Assembly: GCA_016193335.1 (NCBI GenBank)
Contig: JACPSK010000001.1
Coordinates: 111,926 to 175,925, forward strand
DNA from: Candidatus Magasanikiibacteriota bacterium
Lineage (GTDB): Bacteria > Patescibacteriota > Patescibacteriia > Magasanikbacterales > UBA922
Direction: 5' to 3'
DNA length: 64,000 nucleotides
Shown here: positions 9,621-18,584 of the stretch, piece by piece
Numbering within the stretch: position 1 is the stretch's first letter
How the letters are laid out: each line of letters starts with the position of its first letter
Notes under the pieces: model-generated
The model's database searches: none
Told to the model about the DNA's origin: nothing
What the model saw: only the letters and a program-made list of their open reading frames with translations
Translations under genes and position numbers: made by a program

Positions 9621-9734
9621 TCAGCCAAGCTTCTATAACCAACAACTATCTTATTGAGAAACTCATATATCGCATGATCCCCCTCATATTATAGGGTATG
9701 ACACCAAAACAGGCACTTCAATTTCCAAAATTAC

Positions 9735-9772
9735 AAAAAATCCCTCCCCTTTTGATAATTAAAGAGAGGGAT
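9735..9772 (-). terminator. Intrinsic terminator downstream of hppA
   Basis: Minus strand ATCCCTCTCTTT...AAAGGGGAGGGAT followed by a T run. Confidence 0.6.
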
Positions 9773-9856
9773 CGAGTTCCCGGTAACAATCCGATGAAGT
9801 CTAAACTTAGACAGACCGGACGGCTCTGATTTAGATTAAAATGAAACCTTACTTTA

Positions 9857-11845
9857 CTATTTCAAAAGACCAACAATCAACAGGGCAACAATATTGGCAA
9901 CCTTGATCATGGGATTGATAGCAGGCCCTGCCGTGTCTTTGTAAGGGTCTCCCACCGTGTCTCCGGTGACGGCCGCTTTGTGCGCGTCAGAACCTTTGCC
10001 GCCATGGTGGCCGGCTTCAATATATTTTTTCGCGTTGTCCCAGGCTCCGCCTCCGGTGGTCATGGAAATGGCAACGAATATGCCCGTAACAATGGTCCCC
10101 ACCAAAAGACCGCCCAAAGCCGCGGATCCAAGCCAAAAACCAACAGCTATCGGGACAACAACAGGGACAAGCGCCGGCAAAACCATCTGGCCTATGGCCC
10201 CTTTGGTAACAATATCAACACAGGTGGCATAATCCGGTTTGCCGCTTCCGTCCATAATGCCTTTTATCTCTTTAAATTGACGGCGTACTTCACTTACCAC
10301 GTTTCCGGCCACCTTGCCCACAGATTCCATGAGATAGGCACCAAAAAGATAAGGCAGAAGGCCACCAATAAACAAACCTGCCAATACTTTGGGGTCATCT
10401 ATTCTAAAAACAGTGTCCAATCCTCTCTCTGCCAATTTGTGCGTGTAATCCGCGAAAAGAACGAGAGCGGCCAAAGCGGCGCTTCCGATCGCGTAACCTT
10501 TGGTTACCGCTTTGGTGGTATTACCCACCGCATCAAGCGGATCGGTTACTGCCCGCACTTTTTCGTCAAGCTCGGCCATTTCCGCTATACCGCCCGCGTT
10601 GTCTGTAATCGGGCCGTATGAATCTATGGTCACAATAATGCCGGTAAGAGAAAGCATGGCCATGGCGGCGATAGCCACGCCATACAATCCACTCAATGAA
10701 AAAGCCACGAGCATACCGGCCACAATCGCAAGCACGGGAAGGGCGGTGGCTTTCATGGAAACGGCAAGACCAGCTATTACATTGGTGCCATGTCCTGTTT
10801 CGCTTGCTTTGGCAATTGCTTTCACCGGTTTAAATTTTGTTGAAGTGTAGTATTCGGTAATCAGAACCATGAGTCCGGTAAGAGCCACGCCCACAAAAGC
10901 GCTCCAAAATAAATCTGAGCTTGAAATCGCAAGCTGAGCGGAAAAACTCCGACTGAGCGCCCAAAAGCCGAGCAAGGACAGGAGAGCCGCAACAGCCAGC
11001 CCTTTGTATAGAGCATTCATGATATTTTTGCTTGTCTTGCCAAGCTTTATGAAAAAAGTGCCCAGAATGGAAGCTACGATAGAAACAGCGCCTATCATGA
11101 GCGGATACAAAACTGCCGCGTCTTTATCCGGAAGAGTCAAAAATCCGAGCACAATGGCGGCCACGGCTGTAACGGCATAGGTTTCAAACAAGTCTGCGGC
11201 CATGCCGGCGCAGTCGCCCACATTGTCTCCCACATTATCCGCAATAACCGCCGGATTCCTCGGGTCATCCTCAGGAATTCCGGCCTCCACTTTGCCAACC
11301 AAGTCTGCTCCAACATCCGCGGCTTTGGTAAATATGCCGCCTCCGATACGCGCGAATATGGAGATAAGACTGCCTCCAAAAGCCAATCCGAGAAGGGCAT
11401 TTACATCTTTAAAAATAAGATAAAAACCGGAAACTCCCAAAAGGCCCAAACCCACCACGAGGAGCCCTGTTACAGAGCCGCCTTTTACCGCCATGTCCAA
11501 GGCTTCATTCAAGCCTTTTCGCGCGGCTTCGGTGGTACGCACATTGGCCTGAACAGATATGGTCATGCCAAGATAGCCCGCGAATCCGGAGAGCAAAGCT
11601 CCCAGCAAAAATCCGATGCCCGTGTTCAGATCCAAAAAGATCCAAAGCAGGACAAATACAATAAGCGCCACAAGGCTGATGGTTTTGTACTGGCGGCCGA
11701 GATAAGCTCGGGCCCCTTCTTGGATAGCCTTTGCTATAGCCTGCATGCGATCTGTGCCCGCGGGCTGTTTTCGTATCCATTGAATTAAAAAAATACCATA
11801 TACTATCGCAAGAAGGGCCGGCGCGATGCTAAACCAGATGTTCAT
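9857..11845 (-). CDS. hppA: Membrane-bound pyrophosphatase, K+-independent H+-pumping type
   Basis: [26 protein letters not shown] (the Lys marks the K+-independent type), [10 protein letters not shown]. Confidence 0.95.
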   Translation of the reverse strand: MNIWFSIAPALLAIVYGIFLIQWIRKQPAGTDRMQAIAKAIQEGARAYLGRQYKTISLVALIVFVLLWIFLDLNTGIGFLLGALLSGFAGYLGMTISVQANVRTTEAARKGLNEALDMAVKGGSVTGLLVVGLGLLGVSGFYLIFKDVNALLGLAFGGSLISIFARIGGGIFTKAADVGADLVGKVEAGIPEDDPRNPAVIADNVGDNVGDCAGMAADLFETYAVTAVAAIVLGFLTLPDKDAAVLYPLMIGAVSIVASILGTFFIKLGKTSKNIMNALYKGLAVAALLSLLGFWALSRSFSAQLAISSSDLFWSAFVGVALTGLMVLITEYYTSTKFKPVKAIAKASETGHGTNVIAGLAVSMKATALPVLAIVAGMLVAFSLSGLYGVAIAAMAMLSLTGIIVTIDSYGPITDNAGGIAEMAELDEKVRAVTDPLDAVGNTTKAVTKGYAIGSAALAALVLFADYTHKLAERGLDTVFRIDDPKVLAGLFIGGLLPYLFGAYLMESVGKVAGNVVSEVRRQFKEIKGIMDGSGKPDYATCVDIVTKGAIGQMVLPALVPVVVPIAVGFWLGSAALGGLLVGTIVTGIFVAISMTTGGGAWDNAKKYIEAGHHGGKGSDAHKAAVTGDTVGDPYKDTAGPAINPMIKVANIVALLIVGLLK

Positions 11846-11935
11846 AGAATCCTATGTTTAGATATATAAAAACGATAAGAGTATAGCTTTAAAGATAAAA
11901 AAAGGCAAGATGTAGAAGCCGATAGAAATTTTAAA

Positions 11936-12886
11936 TTAAAAATTTTTATTGCGTCTCTCAACTTTCTTCCCCAAAATAACATAGCCCTGGCTTTCCAGCC
12001 ACCTGCCCAAAGTTATCATTTCAAAAAATGAATAGAGCTCGCAAAGCGCGGTGGAAAAGGGATGCGTGCGTTTTTTGAGATGATACAAGAGGGCGTTCGC
12101 CCATTTGAAAAGCAGAATCTTCCATGACTTGTGTTTCTGAAAAGCCGAATACAATTCGTCCGGATGGACAAAAAACTTGGCCCATACCGAAGCATAGACC
12201 CGCTCTATATCAAAGCCCGCCTGGCTCAACATGCGGAGTAACTCTGCTTTGGAAAATAATGAAATGTGAAATTCAGCGTGCGGATCTGTGTTTAGTCCTT
12301 GCTTCATAAAAAAATTTCTGAGATACGCGTGTCTGCCGAGCTTGGATTCGGCAAACATGGCCAAGACCCCATTCGGACGCAAAACGCGATTTATTTCATC
12401 GAGCCAGAACGGCACGTTTTCCACATGGCCGAGCACGTCTGATGTGTAGAGAGCGTCAAAGGTGGAAGAGCTGAAGGGAAACTGTCTGCCTTCGTAATGA
12501 AAAAATTCCGCGTGGACGCCATGTCTTTTAGCCTGCTCCTTGGCCAGATCCACTTGAAGATTTACCACATCCAAGCCTACCAATTCCGCTTCTCTGCCGA
12601 GCAGACGTTTGAGATCTATGGTCGCTCCTCCGGTGCCGCAACCGAGGTCCAGAACCCGAAAGGGTTCAGTAAGAAGATTTCTGGTTTTGGCCGCTTGTTT
12701 TTTTGCTTTATTGATATACCGGTATAAAAAAAACTTTTTAGGATACAAAAACAACATAAGCCTGTCTTTCAAGCTCAAAGAGCCGGACAAAAATAAGGGC
12801 TTGGCATCCCACATTTCCACGCCTTCTTCTGAAATGCTCCCCCAGCCGCGGCCGGCTGTTTTATGGGAGAAGTCTGATTTTCGCAT
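11936..12886 (-). CDS. Class I SAM-dependent methyltransferase
   Basis: VLDLGCGTG motif, DVLGHV, RVLRPNG. Confidence 0.85.
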   Translation of the reverse strand: MRKSDFSHKTAGRGWGSISEEGVEMWDAKPLFLSGSLSLKDRLMLFLYPKKFFLYRYINKAKKQAAKTRNLLTEPFRVLDLGCGTGGATIDLKRLLGREAELVGLDVVNLQVDLAKEQAKRHGVHAEFFHYEGRQFPFSSSTFDALYTSDVLGHVENVPFWLDEINRVLRPNGVLAMFAESKLGRHAYLRNFFMKQGLNTDPHAEFHISLFSKAELLRMLSQAGFDIERVYASVWAKFFVHPDELYSAFQKHKSWKILLFKWANALLYHLKKRTHPFSTALCELYSFFEMITLGRWLESQGYVILGKKVERRNKNF

Positions 12887-12919
12887 ATTTCTGCTTATTT
12901 TTAGGTATTGTAGCACTCC

Positions 12920-12948
12920 TTGACAAAAGCCTCAAAATATGCTATAGT
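12920..12948 (+). promoter_or_regulatory. sigma70-like promoter with extended -10
   Basis: TTGACA-N17-TATAGT with TG upstream of the -10. Confidence 0.65.
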
Positions 12949-13123
12949 GCCCCGCTGTTTTTGTGTCTGCAAAACGGCTTTCCTTGGGTAAAATTACCTT
13001 TAGAGTGTATGAGAGAGATGTTTTTAGTGAAAAAATCTCTCTCATGCCCTCAAACGATCTATTACACGCCGGCCAAGAGGGAGCAGCAGGGCCGGTGAGA
13101 CAACAAGGCACGGAGATAGAAAG

Positions 13124-13238
13124 ATGAAGACGTTCGATTTTGCGAACAAGTTGGAGGCGGTCCAGGTCCTCCTGGCGTACCTCTTCAATGACATGAGCGA
13201 CGCCCTCGAGGAGGCCGGCATCGACGTGGACAGCGACG
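13124..13238 (+). pseudogene. GC-rich orphan gene truncated by IS3 insertion
   Basis: GGAG SD, then ATG and MKTFDFANKLEAVQVLLAYLFNDMSDALEEAGIDVDSD, which runs directly into the IS left inverted repeat. Confidence 0.55.
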
Positions 13239-13307
13239 TGACCTGTACCCTGTATAATAGACACAGCGTCTTACGAGCGCTGTGTTTTACTTTTAACGTA
13301 ATTTGTT

Positions 13308-13571
13308 ATGGCATCCCCCATACCCCAGGAGGTCAAGGCAAAGATTTTGTCGTCGATCAAGGATGATGGAGTTTCCATCGCCCAAGCCTCAACTACCTAC
13401 AATGTCACCGAAGAAACCTTACGAAAGTGGCTTAGGGCCACCATTGACAACGGCGGAACCAGTAGCAGTGAAATCCAAAGACTCAGACGAGAAAACCAAC
13501 AACTCAAAGAGATCATTGGAACCCTGCTCCTCGAAAAAGAAGCAACGAAAAAAAATATTACTCGCTCGTGA
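13308..13571 (+). CDS. IS3 OrfA (HTH + coiled coil)
   Basis: SIAQASTTYNVTEETLRKW HTH and EIQRLRRENQQLK zipper. Confidence 0.85.
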   Translation: MASPIPQEVKAKILSSIKDDGVSIAQASTTYNVTEETLRKWLRATIDNGGTSSSEIQRLRRENQQLKEIIGTLLLEKEATKKNITRS

Positions 13572-13572
13572 G

Positions 13573-14382
13573 ATGATCGAGCAAAACCCATGGGTTAGCC
13601 GGAAATTGGTGGCCGAGCAATTTGGAATTGCTCGATCCACGCTCTATCTCAAACAAAAACAACTATACAAAGATAAAGGATACTTGGAAGAGATCCTCTC
13701 CGCCATGAGAGAGAATCCATATTACGGACAAAGAAGATTGGCTTTGGTCTTAGGTCGAAATGTTAAGCTCGTAAGGCGCATCATGCGAAAGTATGGTCTA
13801 AAACCAAAGAAAAAAAAGAAGAAACTCAGCAAACCAGAGGATGAAAACAAGCCTCCGAGCGGAATACCCAACAGGTTAAAAACAATCTGTCCCCTACGAC
13901 CTACGGTCGTATATGCCGGAGATTTTACCCATTTTGTTTGGTACGGCACGGTGGTGTATTTAGCGACAGTCCTTGATCTGTTTACTCGAGAAATTGTGGG
14001 ATGGAGCATTGGACTCCATCACAGTGGACCTTTGATCATTGATGCTCTTGAAGACGCCAAGAAACGGCGGGGCACACCGTCGTTGTTCCATTCTGACCAA
14101 GGCAGTGAATACACGAGCCTTGCGTGCAAAGCATGGCTGTTCAAGAACAATATTCTTCCCTCTCAAAGCACCAAATCCAGTCCATGGCAAAACGGATGGC
14201 AAGAATCTTTTTACGGGAGATTCAAACAAGAGTTTGGAAATATCCACCGCTTCAAAACCATTGAAGACTTAATTGAAGCAATTCATCTTCAAATCCACTA
14301 CTACAACAAGAAAAGGATTCACTCGAAGCTTAAAATGGCTCCGGAAAAGTTCTTTTTGTTGCAATCTAAAAAGTGGATTTAA
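13573..14382 (+). CDS. IS3 OrfB DDE transposase
   Basis: YYGQRR, GDFT, LDLFTREIVGW, FHSDQGSEY and ESFYGRFKQE motifs. Confidence 0.92.
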   Translation: MIEQNPWVSRKLVAEQFGIARSTLYLKQKQLYKDKGYLEEILSAMRENPYYGQRRLALVLGRNVKLVRRIMRKYGLKPKKKKKKLSKPEDENKPPSGIPNRLKTICPLRPTVVYAGDFTHFVWYGTVVYLATVLDLFTREIVGWSIGLHHSGPLIIDALEDAKKRRGTPSLFHSDQGSEYTSLACKAWLFKNNILPSQSTKSSPWQNGWQESFYGRFKQEFGNIHRFKTIEDLIEAIHLQIHYYNKKRIHSKLKMAPEKFFLLQSKKWI

Positions 14383-14735
14383 GAACGAACTCGGCGTGTC
14401 TATTATTTGGGGTACTTGTCAGCCTGAGTTTTCTCGAAACCATAGCCGTGGTTTCTCTGCTCAGACGGATAGGAGCAGTATGGATTTGAAAAGAGACATT
14501 TCATCGGCCAAAGCAAGACAAGCCGCGGCCGATGGAACAGATACTTATCGAAGCCTATCCTTTCATAGGATATTTCAAAAAACCTGCAGAAGCCAACCCG
14601 CTTCGCTCTCGCACTCGTCCTCCGGCTTTTTAAAATATGTTATGAAGGGACAGGCTTGTACTTATCCACATGCATTCGAGATTGAACATAAATCAAACAG
14701 ATTTTCTTAGACATTTCTCCCATTTTTTCTTAAAA

Positions 14736-14764
14736 TTGACAAAAACACTCAATTCTGATACACT
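14736..14764 (+). promoter_or_regulatory. sigma70-like promoter for the ncRNA/rny unit
   Basis: TTGACA-N17-TACACT with extended -10 TG. Confidence 0.7.
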
Positions 14765-14790
14765 GAGCACATCTTCATATATTAATGACT

Positions 14791-14960
14791 AAGCGAGGAA
14801 ACAAACAGATACGAAATTGAGCCATATTATGCGGAAAAAGAGTTATTTATCTTCACTTCCCCGTGTTCTCGAAGCTTCAAGACTTCATATTTTGGGAACA
14901 TACCAGACTGATCATTGGGTATAATAAGACTTCTTTAGTAGTATTCTGTTCCCCTCGTTT
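14791..14960 (+). ncRNA. Candidate 6S RNA
   Basis: Nested long-range pairings forming a rod with a central bubble; ~170 nt; immediately upstream of rny. Confidence 0.5.
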
Positions 14961-14976
14961 TTAACTGAGGTTTTTT

Positions 14977-16509
14977 ATGTCTTTAACGCTTATATACGCC
15001 CTTTTGGCCGCTTGTCTGGGCGGTCTTGTAGGGATAGGTCTTGGCTATGTGATACGCAGGCAATTGGCGCAGGCGCAGGCGAACTCTGTGGAAGCCAAAG
15101 CCGAAAAACTCATGATAGAGGCAAAGAACAAAGAAAAAGAAGTTCTTCTCAAGGCAAAGGAACAATCCATCAAAATAATAGACGAGGCAAAAAAAGAAGA
15201 AGAAAAACGCAGACAAGAACTGAGGAATATCCAGGACAGACTGGAAAAACGCGAAGAAATGTTCGACAAAAAACTCATGGAAGTGGAAGACAGCAAAACA
15301 AAGCTGGAACAAAAAGCGGAACAGATTAAACAAATAAAAGAAAAAATAGACCAATTGAAAGAAGAAGCCGGACTGAAACTCCAGCATATTTCCGGATACG
15401 ACAAAGAACAGGCTCTGGAAGAGCTTTTGGGGAGAGTGGAAGAAGAAAGCAAACTCGCTCTCCAATCGAGAGTCATGAAACTGGACAAAGAAAATAATGA
15501 TTTTTTTGAAGAAAAAGCCAGGAAAATTATTATAGATTCCATGCAACGTTGCGCCGCGAACCATGCCAATGAAAATACGGGCACGGTGGTAAATTTGCCG
15601 AGCGATGAAATGAAAGGCCGCATCATTGGAAAAGACGGCCGCAACATAAAAACCATAGAAAAACTCACCGGCTGCGAACTGATTATAGACGATTCTCCGG
15701 GTATGCTTATTATTTCCGGTTTTTCTCCCATCAGACGCCGCGTTTGCCAAATCGCTATAGAAAAACTGATCAAAGACGGCCGCATTCAGCCGGCAAAAAT
15801 TGAAGAATACATAGAAGAAGCAAAACGTGACTTGGCTCTTGATATCAAAAAAGCCGGAGAAGAAGCTCTGTATGAAATGGGCATTACCGGACTAGACCCC
15901 AAACTGGTATCTATCGTAGGCAGGCTCAAATACAGAACCAGCTATGGCCAAAATGTTTTGAATCATTGTTTGGAAGTGGGATATATCGCGGGCATGATAG
16001 CCCAAGAAGTGGGGATAGACCCTTTTCTCGCCCGAAAAGCAGGCTTCTTCCATGACATCGGAAAATCCATTGACCACGAAACTCAGGGATCTCACACGGT
16101 GATTGGAGAAAAAATACTCAAAAAATTCAATCTGCCCGATGAAATAGCCGAAGTGGCCATGACCCATCATGATACCAATCCTCCTCTGTTGTTGACCAAG
16201 CTCGTTATGGCGGCAGATGCCATATCCGCTTCCAGAATCGGCGCTCGCCGCGACACCTACGAGCAATATGTTCTGCGCCTTGAAGAGCTTGAAAAGGCTG
16301 CCAGCGATTTCCCCGGCATTGAAAAAGTATATGCTATCCAAGCAGGCCGCGAAGTCCGCGTATTCGTAAAACCCGAAGAAGTGGACGATTACGGGGCTTA
16401 TAACCTTGCCAAAGACATAGCGCGGAAAATAGAAAATGAACTGAGCTATCCCGGAGAGATAAAAGTAAACGTGATACGGGAAAACAGAACCATTGAATAC
16501 GCAAGATAA
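14977..16509 (+). CDS. rny: Ribonuclease Y
   Basis: N-terminal TM helix, coiled coil, KH domain (KGRIIGKDGRNI), HD domain (HDIGK), C-terminal YAIQAGREVRV. Confidence 0.97.
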   Translation: MSLTLIYALLAACLGGLVGIGLGYVIRRQLAQAQANSVEAKAEKLMIEAKNKEKEVLLKAKEQSIKIIDEAKKEEEKRRQELRNIQDRLEKREEMFDKKLMEVEDSKTKLEQKAEQIKQIKEKIDQLKEEAGLKLQHISGYDKEQALEELLGRVEEESKLALQSRVMKLDKENNDFFEEKARKIIIDSMQRCAANHANENTGTVVNLPSDEMKGRIIGKDGRNIKTIEKLTGCELIIDDSPGMLIISGFSPIRRRVCQIAIEKLIKDGRIQPAKIEEYIEEAKRDLALDIKKAGEEALYEMGITGLDPKLVSIVGRLKYRTSYGQNVLNHCLEVGYIAGMIAQEVGIDPFLARKAGFFHDIGKSIDHETQGSHTVIGEKILKKFNLPDEIAEVAMTHHDTNPPLLLTKLVMAADAISASRIGARRDTYEQYVLRLEELEKAASDFPGIEKVYAIQAGREVRVFVKPEEVDDYGAYNLAKDIARKIENELSYPGEIKVNVIRENRTIEYAR

Positions 16510-16512
16510 AAC

Positions 16513-16536
16513 AAAAACGGCCTTTCGGCCGTTTTT
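16513..16536 (+). terminator. Intrinsic terminator
   Basis: AAAAACGGCC-TTTC-GGCCGTTTTT. Confidence 0.75.
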
Positions 16537-16559
16537 AAAAATTCCCATTAATGGCTCTA

Positions 16560-16588
16560 TTGACGTAAATAATTAGCTGCACTACAAT
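16560..16588 (+). promoter_or_regulatory. sigma70-like promoter of HU
   Basis: TTGACG-N17-TACAAT. Confidence 0.65.
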
Positions 16589-16663
16589 ACAAGTATCTAT
16601 TTATTATTATCAGCATTTCGCGGGCGGAGAGTGGCGCGGAACGGCTTTAATCTGTTTTTCTAT

Positions 16664-17005
16664 ATGGATCTAAATAAAATGGCTTTGGCTCAGGCCATAG
16701 CAGACAAGGTTGGCCTTTCAAAAAAAGAAGCAGAATCCATGCTCGAAGCTTTCGTTGATATTGTTACTTCTGCTCTCGGAAAAGGCGGAAGCGTGAATAT
16801 CGCCGGGTTTGGAGCCTTCAGCGCCAAACAGCGCGCGGGCAGAGTGGGAGTGAATCCCCAAAATCCAAGCGAAAAAATACAAATTCCTCCGGTGATCGTG
16901 CCAAAGTTCAAAGCAGGAAAAGGCTTAAAAGACACTCTTAAAGGAAAAAAACATGCGGCTCCCGAACAAGCAAGCGCTGTCAACGAAGGATCGGGTTCCA
17001 TGTGA
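16664..17005 (+). CDS. hup: HU family DNA-binding protein
   Basis: VNIAGFGAF...RAGRVGVNPQ...VPKFKAGKGLKD, with a short C-terminal tail. Confidence 0.93.
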   Translation: MDLNKMALAQAIADKVGLSKKEAESMLEAFVDIVTSALGKGGSVNIAGFGAFSAKQRAGRVGVNPQNPSEKIQIPPVIVPKFKAGKGLKDTLKGKKHAAPEQASAVNEGSGSM

Positions 17006-17008
17006 AAA

Positions 17009-17032
17009 TAAAAACGGCCTCTCGGCCGTTTT
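17009..17032. terminator. Bidirectional terminator (near-copy of 16513-16536)
   Basis: AAAAACGGCC-TCTC-GGCCGTTTTT between HU and the convergent tRNA. Confidence 0.75.
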
Positions 17033-17070
17033 TAAAAATGATAAATTGTAAATTAAAAATTCTGATGTTG

Positions 17071-17144
17071 TGTCAGGGGGGAGAATCGAACTCCCGACCT
17101 TAGGGTTATGAATCCTACGCTCTCACCAACTGAGCTACCCTGAC
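17071..17144 (-). tRNA. tRNA-Met(CAT), non-initiator (elongator Met or Ile2)
   Basis: GTCAGGG/CCCTGAC acceptor stem, TTCATAA anticodon loop, GTTCGATTC T-loop. CCA not encoded. Upstream TTGACT-N17-TATTAT. Confidence 0.9.
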
Positions 17145-17215
17145 ATGCGTGTGCACAACATAATAACAAAATAAAAACGCAGAGTCAACCGTTTCTACCC
17201 AAATGGACAAACATT

Positions 17216-18220
17216 TTAAAACCAGCTCTTTTTCTTGAAAAACAACAGCATGAGGGCAAGCATCCCGGCCATGCTGAGCGACACAAAAAAAGGTCCCCAA
17301 TGAGACTCCAAACCAGGCAAATATCTGAAATTCATGCCATAATAACTTGCCAAAAAAGACAAGGGCATGAAAATGGTGGTTATAATGGTTAAAATTTTCA
17401 TCACGCTATTGGTGCGGTTGCTCATCCCGGACAAGTACACATCCAAAAGCCCTGAAAGAATATCACGGTAGGTTTCGAGCATGTCTATGATGTGTATGAG
17501 ATGCTCATACACATCGCGCAAGTAAATACGCGTTGTTTTTTTGACCAAAGGAGAGTCTCCGCGTTCAAAAATGCTCACGATCTCACGCATGGGCCAGATA
17601 TACTTGCGTATATTCAGCAGTTCTCTTTTTAGGCCGTAGATTGCTCGCAATGTTTCCGGCTTGGGAGCAAAAGCGGTCTCTTTTTCCAAAATTTCAATTT
17701 TATCGCTGTAAAATTCCATTATCTCAAAATAGGTATTTACCACCGAATCAATGAGCTCATAAGCCAAATAATCGGTGCCCGCGGCGCGTATCCTCGTATC
17801 CGATTTTCGGATGAGCGCGCGCACCGGTTCAAAGGTGTCCCCTTTTTTACCTTGCTGAAAGCTGATAAGAAATTTGTGGGCTATAACCAGGCTTACCTGT
17901 TCGCTCTGTATCTTTTTGTGTCCGCCCAAAGTCAACATTTTGAAGTTTAAATAAATATAATGGTCCAAAATTTCGATTTTCGGCCGCTGGTTGACATTCA
18001 TAATGTCATCCATCACCACGGGATGTAGATCAAAACCCAAACGCAACTCGCGCAAAAAACTGATGGGCGGAGCATTGTCTATATTAAGCCAGCTAACCGT
18101 GTCCGTGTCTTTGAGGGCTACGCAATCCGCCAGCTTTGACGTGTCTTTTTCCATAAGGCCATCTTGACTATAATCCATGACATGTATGGAATTGAGGATT
18201 TTTGCTTTTCCCTTTGGCAT
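17216..18220 (-). CDS. corA: CorA Mg2+/Co2+ transporter
   Basis: QRPKIE motif, two C-terminal TM helices with YGMNF. Confidence 0.93.
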   Translation of the reverse strand: MPKGKAKILNSIHVMDYSQDGLMEKDTSKLADCVALKDTDTVSWLNIDNAPPISFLRELRLGFDLHPVVMDDIMNVNQRPKIEILDHYIYLNFKMLTLGGHKKIQSEQVSLVIAHKFLISFQQGKKGDTFEPVRALIRKSDTRIRAAGTDYLAYELIDSVVNTYFEIMEFYSDKIEILEKETAFAPKPETLRAIYGLKRELLNIRKYIWPMREIVSIFERGDSPLVKKTTRIYLRDVYEHLIHIIDMLETYRDILSGLLDVYLSGMSNRTNSVMKILTIITTIFMPLSFLASYYGMNFRYLPGLESHWGPFFVSLSMAGMLALMLLFFKKKSWF

Positions 18221-18362
18221 AGTATAAACATGTATATTGTTGTTGTTTAACAGTATACTCCTCTCTCATATAAAATGAAAATGTCAAAAATTGATAAAAA
18301 CAAAAAGCGCCTGTCGGCCGCGCAGGAAAAAATGGGAAAAAATTCTGAAGATGTGAAAATCG

Positions 18363-18434
18363 TACCGCCACGGGGAATCGAACCCCGATTGCATGGATGA
18401 GAACCATGCGTCCTAACCATTAGACGATGACGGC
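18363..18434 (-). tRNA. tRNA-Glu(CTC)
   Basis: GCCGTCATCGTCTAATGGTTAGGAC...CATGG-TTCTCAT-CCATG...GGTTCGATTCC. CCA not encoded. Upstream TTGACG-N17-TACACT. Confidence 0.92.
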
Positions 18435-18584
18435 ATTGATAAACAAAACAAGAGATAGTGTATAAAAAAAATAAGAACACGTCAACTCCTATATTGCTTC
18501 ACAAGATATGGGAAGAATCGCCACGCCAAGAGATACGCGCGTCGTGATTCGCGAGCTTGCCGACGTAAAAATTGATTTGTAGGA

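Larger units (their letters stand above)
13239..14421 (+). mobile_element. IS3-family insertion sequence (1183 bp)
   Basis: TG...CA ends. 26-bp imperfect IRs TGACCTGTACCCTGTATAATAGACAC (13239-13264) and TGACAAGTACCCCAAATAATAGACAC (reverse complement of 14396-14421), 21/26 identical. Contains orfA and orfB. Confidence 0.92.

Noticed and set aside
9791-9820. Hammerhead-like CCGATGA-stem on the plus strand
   Set aside because: It lacks CUGA and the GAAA after stem II.
13069-13096. GGAGCAGCAG inside a hairpin, resembling the SRP RNA core
   Set aside because: No CAGG...GNRA...AGCAG symmetric loop.
13303-13572. Upstream extension of orfB to 359 aa
   Set aside because: An alternative frame overlapping orfA; only the part near the A8 run is relevant.
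14662-14670. oriC
   Set aside because: Only one perfect DnaA box, with no cluster and no dnaA nearby.
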